A stretch of 64,000 nt of DNA from Saprolegnia diclina VS20. Taxonomy: Eukaryota. The translations under genes were made by a program, and so were the position numbers. The notes under the pieces were generated by a model. The model was not told where the DNA came from and did not search any database. It worked only from the letters and a program-made list of their open reading frames with translations. Location: the NCBI RefSeq assembly GCF_000281045.1, contig NW_008246096.1, forward strand, positions 526,497-590,496, given 5' to 3'. Shown piece after piece: positions 11,726 to 22,795 of this stretch. The stretch's first letter is position 1, and each line of letters starts with the position of its first letter.

Positions 11726-12176
11726 GAGAACGCGAAAAAACCAATCACTGGTCCATGCCTTGATTTTTATACGCCCTCGCATTGGTCCATTAAATTTTAT
11801 ATTTAACCAATCCGATCGAAGAGCGCCACCGTGTCTTTGCGCCAAATTAGCTTCACCACGCTTCGGGCCTCGCGGCACCAAACGGCTCGCAACGAACATG
11901 CCGCTCACATGATCGTTGGCGATAGACTAACACGACCAATGTGATATCTTAGGCACCTCAGTATTATAACCACTGACCATGCGAGGTTGCCTGCCGGTAC
12001 CCCATGCCGGTACCCTAATCCCGGTCGGCGCGCAACAGATGAGCCGATGCGCCAAGAACACGTCGTCCCGCTTGAGAGCAAGCAAGCAAGGTCAACCTTA
12101 GGTATCTCTAGTAGAACCCATCCAACAGTGTGTCCACATCGAGCGTTGTTCATTGTACAGGATTAAATATCATAAC

Positions 12177-15100
12177 TTAGCCGATGCTAATGACGTCGCC
12201 CATCATGCCCGCCGGCATGAGGTTGCTTGGCGAGTCGTTGGCGCTGCTCGTCGGCGGCTTGGTGACCCACGCGCGGCGGCGCACAAGCGAGAAGATGCGC
12301 GAGCACGTGTGGTCCGGGAACCGCGTAAAGTCCGTCGCGTACACCCAGCCTTCTTCGTCGCAGCCGTCGACGCTCATGTCGACCATCATCGTCACGGTCG
12401 AGATCTCCTTGCGCGTCGCAAACTTGCCCGACCGGTCGCTCCAATGTCCGCGGTCCGACGGCAGCAAGTGCCCGCCAAAGCCCACGAACGGCTGGTAGCG
12501 CTGGTTCTCGTACACAACCGGGTCGCCCGAGCTCAGAATCTCTTGCAAAAACTCCGTGTTCCAGCGCCGGTGCTTGACCTTCTTCGTCAACGGCTGCTTG
12601 TGGAAGAGCCAGTTGACGATGGCCGCCGGCTCGTCAAAGGCAAACCCGCGGTACACTGGCTGCTCCTCGGCGACCGTCGCATCGGGCGTCACCGACATAC
12701 GCGCCACGTCGGCGTGGTTGGGAATCTGATGCAAATGCGGCATGAGCCACTTGACATGCGGAAACTCAATGGCGCCGAGGGTGCTGATCGACGGCTCCGA
12801 CGCAGGATGTTGCACCGCGGCTTGGACCATGTCGAGCAGCGTCGGCTCAAACGCCCGCTTGTACGCAACGTAAAACACGTCTTTTGCATAGAGCGCAGCG
12901 ACAATCTACGACCACATATGAGACATGTGGCTTGACAAATTGAAACATTCGACGTACGAGGAGCTGGATGAGCCATGGCGCACCGAGACCAAACATCCAC
13001 GGGAACGACGACTGCGACGTCGGGTCTTGGAGGCCGACATAGTCGATTGCAATCTCAAACCCGTACAGCATCGCGAGGCTGGCCGCGACCGAGACAAACA
13101 CAAAGACGTTCCACGAGTTGATGAGGAGGCAGACGCGGACCGTCATGTACAAGCACAGAATCGTCCAGCCGAGATCCCCGAGGTTGAGGACGCTCGACGT
13201 TTGGCCGTCCGGCGTGAGCGCGTCGCCCGCCCAAATCAAAAAGTACAAGACGCCGAGCGAGTCGATGAGGCCGAGCAGCATCCACTGCCAAAAGCGACCG
13301 TATGAGAAAAGCTCACGGCACTTGCTGTGGTAGAGCTGCGGCACGGCGAGCGCGACTTCAGCCGTCACGTCTTGGTCCCAGATCGCGTAGACGCCAATGG
13401 GCAGCGCCGTGAAGAAGAGGTTGTAGCCTTGCTGGATGAACGCCGGGTAGATGAGCGTGCCCGAGAATGCCGTGAGGTTGAGCATGTACCAAAACATGGC
13501 GAGGCAGTACACAATGTTCTTGTAGTACGTGTAGTAGATGAGGTTGGAGATGCGCGTGTAGTTCCACCGACCGTGCACGAGGAGGAGGCGCGCGAGGAAC
13601 CGGAACTGGCCAATCGCAAAGTCGCTCGTGTTGACCGCGTGCCGCCCTTCCTCGCCCGCAATGCCAATGCCGACGTGGGCGGCTTGGATCATCGGCACGT
13701 CGTTGGCGCCATCGCCGATTGCAAGCGTCTTGGCCTCGTCGCAGTTGACGTTGACGAGCTCGACCAGCTGCGCCTTTTGGCTCGGCGAACACCGGCACGC
13801 AATCACGACGCGGCAGAGAAGCGCGACGCGGAGGAAGTGGAGCGCATCCACGTGCGACGGGTTGTCATGCAAGAGCCACGAGAGCGACGCGCCGTCAATC
13901 ACGATCGAGAGATCCCGCGTCCCAAACGACGTCTCGAGCACGTGGTGGTAGATCTCATCGAGGTGCCGGAGGAGGCTGCCGCGCGTCGGGCACCGCTTGG
14001 CGTTGATGACATAGCGCTCCATGTCGTTCGTCAAAAGCGAGCACGCAAAGCCAATGTTGATGGCCGTTTCTTCCATGTCGCCTGTCAGCACCCAGAGCGC
14101 AATGCCGGCTTTCGAGAGGAGCCGGATGGTTTCCGGTACTTCGTCTTGGAGACGGTCTTCGATCGCCGTCGTGCCGAGGAGTGTCAGTCCCGCCTCCATC
14201 TCGTTCTGGAGCTTCTCGACCGCACTTGCATGGTCTTCTTGGAGCACTTGGGCTTGCTGGTACGTGTTGTGGAAGGTCTCCCACTCGTCCTTTGGAATCG
14301 ACTTGGCCGCAATCACGAGCGTACGGAGACCTTCGGTCGCAAACGCTTCCAGTTGGCGCTCCGTGACCGCCTTGCACTTGAGGTTGGATGGCGCGAGGCG
14401 AGGAAACACCGTGCTGTCGGCGCCTTTTGTCAAGAGCACAATCTCTTCCCGGTCCATGCGGCGCACGACCACCGACATGCGCTTGCGCGTGCTATTGAAT
14501 TCAAACACTTCGAGGATCTCGTAGCGCTCGGGCGCGTCGTCGAACGGCGTCTTGATCGCAATCATACCCGGCGTCCGCTCGATAAACTCAAAGCCAAAGT
14601 ACTTGGCGCCGCTCACGAGCGCTTGTTCGTCCGGCGACGACGCAACGTACGGGCTCTTGGTCGCGTCGTCGTGCTTGAGCTCTAGCAGCACACTGTGGCA
14701 GAGCGCAAGGTGCCGGAAAAAGTTGCACACGGCCTCTTGCTGCTCGACGCCGCTCGCGCCATAAATGTCTTGGACGAGCTGCGGGTCGGTAAAGTTGACG
14801 TGCGGGATCGACGGCGTCGCCATCTCGTCGGCCGGTGGGTCGTCGAGAACGACCACGTCAACACCACCCCGACCGGCTGCAATCGCGGCGCGGCCGATGG
14901 CGGTCGTGCCTTGGCCATACGTCACACCGCGAATCGAGCACTTGCGAAACTCCATTTGGTTGCAGGTAATGGTGCCCGTTTTGTCTGAGAAGATGTGGGT
15001 AATGTGGCTACTCGGAGCATGAGCACAGAAGACATGGCACATGAAGATGCGTACCCGAGCTGCTCGTTGAGACCCTTATTGCGGGGCTGCATGCGCATGT

Positions 15101-16531
15101 CCCGCTCGGCATCGTACATGTGCATGTCGCGCGCCATGAAGTAGCCCTGGAGCGCCTTGACCGTCGTGATCGAGACATAGAGCGTGATGGGCACGACGGT
15201 CGCGAGCGTCGTGAGAAAGTAGAAGAAGGCCGTCACGAACGGGTTGTCGACACTGTTGCCGAGGTACTCGGGAAGGAACGGACTCGACCACTTGGTGTAC
15301 GAGATCGCCCCCGAGAGGCAGAGCACGAGGAGACCGAGCACGATCACAAACACTTGGTTGTTGCTACACACCATTTGAGCTCCTGTATGGTGGAAAATGG
15401 CGTACGTCATGGTGTCGAGCGTCGACTCCTTGTCGCTGTTGGGCTTGAGACCTTGCATGATCTTGGTGTCAAAGCCCGCCTAGGATTGCACTGAGTGGGC
15501 TCATTCGAATGAAGCAAAAGAGCGCACGTGAAGGACAAAGGCGAGGACGCGGTCTGTGTTGCGGACCTTGCAGCCGCGCCAGAGCATGTTGTGGACAGAG
15601 ATCGGCAGCGTAGCGTCTTCGTCGTCTGGATCTATACCCGCATTCCCAATGAGATTCCCGTCGTACGTCAGCGCATACCGTCGGCGATATGGACAGCGCC
15701 GTGGTACTTGTGGATGTCGGCGTTTGGCTCTTCGTTTTCAAACTTGAGGCTTTGGAGTCGCTGGCCGTACTGATGCGTCTCGACGGCGAAGCGCTCTTGG
15801 AGCACGGCTTCACGGAGCTTGAGGTTTGTCTCGCCGTCCAAGCTCTTGGTCTCAATGTAGCACACGCCGTCGTTGCCCGTCGCAAGGATCACGAGGTCGG
15901 CGGGCGCGACTTCCTTGTCACGGACCTCGACGCAGTCGCCAACGCAGAGATCCTTCCATGCTATGCATTCGAACGTGCCCGTTTCGCTCTGGTACCGGCG
16001 GCACGGCGCGCCGTTGGTTTCGTCGTCGGCTTGATGGCGCTGGTGGTCTTCGACGGCGGCAAAGATGCCATCGATCACGACGACAATCGCGAGGGGCAGA
16101 AACTGCAGCGGGACGCCTTTCGTGGGTGAAATCGCCGGAATCATCTGCAGCACGCCAATCATGAGAAAGTAAAAGTTGGCCATCTTCCGGAACGTGCGAT
16201 ACAAGAAGACGGGCATGAAGCTCCACCACGTGTAGTACGACGTCTTGATCGCGTTCGACGTGCCGGGAACTGGGCCCCCGCCGGCGATCGTGTTGTGGAT
16301 GATGCTCGTGTCGGCGTCGCTGGACGCCTTCTCGAGCGTGAAGCGCGCCTCGAGGAGCTTCATCTCGAGCGCGACGCTCGCGCTGACCGAGCGCGCCTTG
16401 GCCATGACGTTGCTGCTCATGGTCCGGACGCGCGCTGGGACGCTTGTCGTGCGCGCGAGGCCCGGCGTCTCGGGGATCCTCCGGTACGACTCGTCGCCGG
16501 CCGCAGACAAGGACGACGTTGATCGGAGCAT
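12177..16531 (-). CDS. P4-type (phospholipid-flipping) P-type ATPase with C-terminal DysF-like domain; multi-exon
   Basis: SNAIKTSYY, YIETKSLDGETNLK, DKTGT phosphorylation site, EFNSTRKRMSV, EGLRTL, TAIEDRLQ, WVLTGD, AIGDGANDVPMIQ, LLLVHGRWNY. ATG at 16531 is the most plausible start. Confidence 0.93.
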
Positions 16532-17250
16532 CGAAGTTGAGGAATGTTCGAAGCGTGGATAATTAAATTGAAATTCGATGATTTTATTCGCCAATCCTTC
16601 GGTGAAGCGGCGTGTCGCAGAGATTGCTGCGACCGGGATAACCGTCGTCATGCCGCCTTGCGATAGCGTGATCATATTGGCCGCGCCGCATAATAATATT
16701 CCGATTGTGCAATATTAATATTCAAGTTCTCACTTCTCATTGGCGCCGCCACCCGGTTTCACAAGCGTTTCGGCGTTTTGAATTCGACCGATCTCAGTAT
16801 CCGGATATGCACCGGATACAGCACCGGACACACGGTTGACGCAATGGCCACGACCCACGAACTCGGCGGGTACCCATAGACAGGGCGTGAAGAGCCGGAG
16901 TCGGTGGAGAGCGACACTTTGGAGAAGTGCATGTCGTGCCGGCGAACGCGGCCGAAGCCGGATCTAACGCCGTGCGTCGTGTTATAATACGTTGAACCAT
17001 CGGATTTTGTGTCATAATACAGTTACAACGGCCGACGTGGTACACTTCTTCTGATGCGGCCTTCCATAATCAGCAAACAGCGTGCCGTAGGGGGTTGAGA
17101 GACGCGTCAACTATATTCTGGCAGCGGCTAATCAGCTACGACACGAGGCTACTCGATGACCAGATTGACGATGGGCACCTGCATGCGCGCGCAATCCCTT
17201 GACATGGACGCTCGAGAGTGGGAGGAGCACGATTTGAATTAGTGACTGGT

Positions 17251-18503
17251 TTACTGCTTCTTGATCTGGATGAGCTCGACGTCAAAGATCAGGTCCGAGT
17301 TGGGCGGAATGACCGGCGGCGCACCCTGGCGACCGTACGCCTTCTCCGCCGGGATGTACAGGCGCGAGCGCTCGCCCTTGGACATGAGGATCATGCCTTC
17401 GTCCCAGCCCTTGATGACCTATGCAAACCGCGCGTGAGAACCAAGTGGCGGTCGCGACACACAACGTACGTGGCCGACGCCGACGCGAAACTCAAACGGC
17501 TGCCCACGAGCGCGCGACGAGTCAAAGACCTTGCCGTTCGTGAGCTTGCCTTCGTAGTGGACAGCCAGCGTGTCGCCTGCACAAATCATATATATATCGG
17601 TGAGCCAGGTATGCTCGTCGGTCGATGATGGGTACATACCCTTCTCGGGGTAGTTTTCATCATCACCCGACGTGATGACTTGAGGAATCACGAGGCGCTC
17701 GCTCGCCTGTTGACGCTCAATCGGAATGTGGTCAACAAGCTCGATCGTCAAGTGCACGGTCTTCCCCGCGAGCTACGTCCATGCATAGCGTCATCGTGGG
17801 TGCACAAGTAGTGAAGACACGCGCGTGTGCAGGGACATACCTCGTGGCTCATGTCGACAACGATCGAGTCGTCGTCGATCTCGACGATCTTGGCCGCGTC
17901 GCCCTCTTCGTCGTCAAGGCCCAAGTACGAGCCGATCTCGAGCATCTTCTCTTCGCTCGGGCTACAAGCGCATTAGAGAGGGTCGTGCATGTACAAGCGT
18001 AAACGTACAGAAGGTTGAGCTCCGAACGCGGAATGCGCACACGGTTGTCCTCGTCGTCGGCCGCGCCAAACGCCATCTCCGGCGGGATGACGACGGTCTT
18101 CGTCTCGCCCTTCTTCATGCCAAGCAAGGCTTCTTCGAGGCCCACAATCATATCACCGTCGCCGACCGTGAACTTTTGGGGCGTGTCGTCGCGCTCGTCA
18201 AAGATTTCGCCGTTGTCCAGCTTGCCTTCAATGCACACAAAGACTTGGTCACCAAGACCGACCGTCGGCGTCGCGCTCGAGAAGGCGCGGACCGCCGAGG
18301 CCTTCGTGGCCGTGCGCATAAAGGGCGCCATGGCGGCGACGTGCGTCGGCTTGGCGATCGCATGGAAGGCCGCCGAGAGGCACGTCGTGGAGCGCTGCAT
18401 CTGAGCACGCTTGGAGGCTAGAGCAAGCATAAGAACTCATCTTCACAAGCAGAGGATGCGTACCCGCGGAGCGGCAGGTCGAGCGCAGGGCGCGGCGGAA
18501 CAT
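17251..18503 (-). CDS. Two-domain FKBP peptidyl-prolyl isomerase (SlyD/SlpA-like + FKBP12-like) with mitochondrial-type presequence; multi-exon
   Basis: Domain 1: GKLDNGEIFD..FTVGDGDMIVGLEEALLGMKKGE..VVDMSHELAGKTVHL. Domain 2: VHYEGKLTNGKVFDSS..VIKGWDEG..IPPNSDLIFDVELI. Start MFRRALRSTCRSA. Confidence 0.85.
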
Positions 18504-18868
18504 GATGCGCACAGATGCGAGCAAAAGGTGTGGTGGCTGGATGAAATGCAACCGTATAGCGTATCCGGACAAAGATTTGCAGCTGCCTTCTATTGGTCGC
18601 TTGCAGTAGCCATACAAAACGGGCAGCTAAAGAAACGCAACTTATAGCCGGCAAAATGGCCGCACCAGCAATGACGCCGTCACAAGGGCTGTGCAAACGA
18701 GCTGATTGACGCGCATATGTACCACACTCGTGCTTGCGTGATGACGTGGGAAGCAGCTGCGCTCGGCGGCCGTTCCTTGCTACGGCGGGTGCGTGTTTTT
18801 AGCGCTGCGATGTCCGGATAATGTGTAGCATCCTTCCGGTCCAATTCTCCGTCGACAAAGGAAGAGCG

Positions 18869-19081
18869 ATGGCGCTGCCGTGGGAAGCGATCGTCGGGAT
18901 CGTGCTCTTGCTCATTTTCTATGTGCTCTGCCGCATCCTCCAGAACTACGTCATGTACACGCGTCGCGGGTACGAGCCAATCCCGGACGCCGAGAAGCCG
19001 GGCTTGTCCGCCCACCTCATCACGCATTCCAAGGACTCGGTCGAGATCCTCATTGAGAAGGACCGTCAAGGCCGCTCATGA
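18869..19081 (+). CDS. Small single-pass membrane protein (70 aa)
   Basis: MALPWEAIVGIVLLLIFYVLCRIL hydrophobic helix followed by RRGYEPI. Strong C/G third-position bias. Promoter motif at 18811. Confidence 0.65.
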   Translation: MALPWEAIVGIVLLLIFYVLCRILQNYVMYTRRGYEPIPDAEKPGLSAHLITHSKDSVEILIEKDRQGRS

Positions 19082-19135
19082 TAGACACATTGTGGCCCAT
19101 AATAATGCATGTCGTTGGTTGATGAGGTTGTGAGT

Positions 19136-20022
19136 TTACTTGGGCAAGAATGCAATGATTTCTTGCACTACACACAGCCAAATCAGAGACTCGTAGAGGT
19201 GCCAATGGCCATGTACCCGAGCGATTTTGGGGCGCTGGCAGAATTGACCACTCCTTGCCGACGTAGAGGGTCGTCTTCTCCACGCGCGGAGCGATTGGCA
19301 CAGTGGGGACCGGCGCTGGTCGAGCTGGCGGCGCGGTTGGTGTTGGGCGGTGCGATGGCTGACGAGGCGCTGCACTTCCTTGGGATTCTGCAGGCATGTT
19401 CGTGTGCTGCTTCTTCGTCGGCGGCTCATTCGAGGGCTGTGCGGCAGGCACTAGGTGGCGTCGTCCGCCTCCGAGCGCTGGTGTGCTTCCACTGGGTCGG
19501 GCCAGCGCATTCTGCTTGGAGCGACTGAAGGCGGCCGTGAAGGCGTTTGCCTCTGCGCTTGGTGTCGCCGTGGGTGCCACCTCAGCTTCGTCCATCTTTC
19601 GCTTGGGTGGCCGGAAGCCGCCTCGCGGAGGCTGAAATTTCGCTGCGCCGCCGGGTGGTGCTGGCGTGCGGCCCGAGACAAACGACGAAGGAGGAGATGG
19701 TGCGATGGCCGCAGCGCCAGGTGTGTTAAGCGTCGATGTCGATGAGGCCATCACACACGCTTCGATCTCGACGAGGAACCTATGCAGAGCTCAATTGCAT
19801 TCCATGCTGAGGATCATAGTTGTCGCGGTACTTGGGAAACTCAAAGTTGGGAAACTGAGCATTCCACTCGTGCGGTAGATATGGCTTCGAGTCGAGGCTC
19901 TTGCCGTCTTCGTCGTAGAGCATGAGCTTGGTCGAGAGCTTTACAAGCTTCCCGTCATGGTACGTCTTGGCCTTCTGCGTCTTGTGCTTGGTGTAGAGAC
20001 ACGGGATCCCGTCGCTGCTCAT
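19136..20022 (-). CDS. DUF2439 (ZGRF1/Mte1 N-terminal-like) domain protein with Pro-rich tail; 3 exons
   Basis: CLYTKHKTQKAKTYHDG..LMLYDEDG..FLVEI matches the DUF2439 pattern. GT-AG introns at about 19780-19831 and about 19167-19216. Confidence 0.75.
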
Positions 20023-20374
20023 CGGTCCTTCCTCCTTCGCTGCTCGCGGTGGAATTTGGCGGAAATTCGAGCCACATCCGGAATTTCCGGAAAAACAACC
20101 GCGAAAGATCCAAACGATGGCGCAAGATCGACGCCCAGGCAGCGAGAATGCATTGAAGCATGCTAACCGCAGCCCCAGGAATACAATGAGTAGCATGCAC
20201 GCTCCTAGACCTCGGCAAATGACCGCCGGCTGCCCGCCATGACGGTTGGTAGACCACATCTGCTTGACCTCGAGGACCTTCCAGCATTACACTGCACTCC
20301 ACTAGCACATGAAATACACTGACGAGCAATGACGAGATTGAGTTGGCACATTAACTGGTGATGAAGGAAATGGT

Positions 20375-21443
20375 TTACTTTTTCTCGAGGAGCTTGGCCA
20401 AGACGGCCATGACGGTCCACATGCGGTTTTCGGCTTCGTCCCAGACCTTGGAGCGTTCGCCATAAAAGACTTCATCGTCGACCTCTTCCTTGTGGCGGGG
20501 AAGGCAGTGGAGGAAGATATGGTCGGACGCTGCATGTGCGAGCATCTTCTTGGTCACTTGGTAGCCATCAAAGTCCGCAATGCGCTGTTTTGCCTCTTCT
20601 TCTTGGCCCATGCTACGAGAACGTACAATGCTTGAGTGGCGGGCTCAAGTGGGATGTAGTGGACGAACCTGACCCACGTGTCGGTGGCAATGACATGGGC
20701 GCCCTTCACGGCTTCGACCGGGTCGGTTGTGAGGAACACCGAGGTGCCAGCTGCCTTGGCGAGCTTCTGGCACTTGGCAATCACATCGGGCGCTGCGTCA
20801 TACCCCGACGGCGTAGCGATTCGAATATTGGCTCCCATGAGCGGCGCGGCGAGCATGTAATCGTGCAAGACGTTGTTGCCGTCGCCGACCCACGCTAGTG
20901 TGAGTCCCTTGACCGATCCAAAGTGCTCCTACACATCCATCATCATGAGATCACAAGAAAAGCCAAGGCAAGACATACCTGCACGGTGAGGTAGTCGGCG
21001 AGAGCCTGGAGCGGATGGTACTTGTCCGAGAGCGCATTGATGACGGGCACGCTCGCTTCCTTTGCGAGCTCCACGACGCTGGCGTGGCCATAGACGCGCG
21101 CAAGGAGCGCCGAGCCAAACCGGCTCATGACGTGCGCTGAGTCTTTGAGCGACTCGTTGACGCCGAGCTGGATGTCATCGCTGGAGAGGAAGAGCGCGCG
21201 GCCACCGAGGCGCTGCATGCCAATCTCTGTGCTAAGGCGCGTGCGCGTCGAGCGCTTCTGGAAGATCATAAGCAACGTCTCGTTCGTGAGGAGGTCCGTG
21301 TTGATGTTGTGCTTCTTGAACTCGGCGGCCGTGTTGATGAGGCCCTGGAACTGCGCGGGCGTGAGCTGGTCCGTCGAGAGGAAGTGCTTGGGGAACGTGG
21401 ACATGGCACGCGAGGTATGGCGAAAGGCGCGGAAGGGCTGCAT
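20375..21443 (-). CDS. OTC: Ornithine carbamoyltransferase, mitochondrial; 3 exons
   Basis: [47 protein letters not shown]. Confidence 0.96.
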
Positions 21444-21772
21444 GATGATGGGTTCCTGGCTGCTGGAATGAAGGAGGCGACTTGGATTCTGTGGCGATCC
21501 GCGGAAAGATTTGGTCGGCGCCGATTGGTCCACAGCATTTTCCTGTGGATCTTGCTCAAGTGGGTGCACTTGAAGTTTGTAGCCGTCGTTTCAGGAGGAC
21601 CCCCTACGTCACAAACCCAATGTAGTGCAATCAAACACACCCCTACACACATGAAGCCCTGCGGCGTTCGATGCTGTGGTGGTTCTCGGCCTCAGCCATT
21701 TGCAGCACCCCTCTTCTTTGGCTTTCTCGAAGACGAGATCATCTCGATGCAAGATCGCTAGATGACAATGCA

Positions 21773-21830
21773 CCAATCAGCATAGCGCCTTATTTTTAAC
21801 CAATGGAAATGCGCAATGTTTTTGTCCAAT
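21773..21830 (+). promoter_or_regulatory. Three CCAAT boxes in the OTC/SEM1 divergent promoter
   Basis: CCAAT at 21773, 21800 and 21826; two are in a CCAATCAG context. Confidence 0.5.
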
Positions 21831-21878
21831 CAGTGATGAGATATTGAAGATTGTGCTGCCACCGCAGAAACGAGAAGA

Positions 21879-22127
21879 ATGAGCTCCAAAGCCCCTGCCG
21901 CGACCCCCGCGCCTGCGCCGACGGCCGCCTCATCCGAGCCCAAGAAGATGATTCACATCGTTGAGGAAGACGACGAGTTCGAAGAGTTCGAGGAGCAGAA
22001 CTGGGGCGCCAAGATGGAAGAGAAGGAGAGCCACATCAAGCTCCAGTGGCAGGACGACTGGGACGTCGACCAGGCCGACGACGACTTCTGCAACCAGTTG
22101 CGCCGCGAGCTTGAAAAGAACGCGTAA
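21879..22127 (+). CDS. SEM1: 26S proteasome/BRCA2-associated subunit DSS1/SEM1
   Basis: EEDDEFEEF..W..WQDDWD..DDDFCNQLRREL. Confidence 0.95.
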   Translation: MSSKAPAATPAPAPTAASSEPKKMIHIVEEDDEFEEFEEQNWGAKMEEKESHIKLQWQDDWDVDQADDDFCNQLRRELEKNA

Positions 22128-22195
22128 GTCATGAACAGCGTATCGCTGCCCGCGCTCCTCTATAATACATATTCGCTCGTGCGTCTGCCTCGCTC

Positions 22196-22225
22196 CTCTA
22201 GCGTGTACTGCTCTAGCGTGTACTG
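22196..22225. repeat. 15-bp perfect tandem duplication downstream of SEM1
   Basis: CTCTAGCGTGTACTG x2. Confidence 0.85.
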
Positions 22226-22795
22226 CCTTCTCGCTGGCTAGGCTTCCGATCCGCAGCAAGCACGGCCCCGCTCTGGCGCACCAATAGTTACTGCCAGTAC
22301 CTCTGGATACGTGGCAGGCTCGAGTCGCAGGCAAAGACGAACCCGAAGGCTAGGCCTCAAGACTACTACAAGCCCAAATGTGCCTGACACGATGGAAGAA
22401 TCTGTGAGCTGCGCAGCGACTTCCTTGCAGCCTAGGCGCTACTCAGCACACGCAAAGCAACACCATGGAGTCCATCTGACCGCCCACGTCCTCGACTGCG
22501 AGCGATCGATACGATCATCGGGGCGGTTGATGCAATGCACTAGTAGCAACTTGAGGCAACCGTCTTCCTTCGGCGCGCCACGCATATTGAGCAACATCCA
22601 CTCCAGTAAGATAACTTGTAGCGAAGCATGAACCAGCGCAAAGACCGATGGGTCAAGCCGACATGAGCGGCCGGCAGTTGTCCGGAGCGAACTTGCATGT
22701 GGATCTCAGAACTGGCGAGGTGAGCGACTAGCTTCGAAATACGATAACACGTAGTTCGAAGATACTGATTGGAGCAGGCGCGGCAAATTTGGCTC

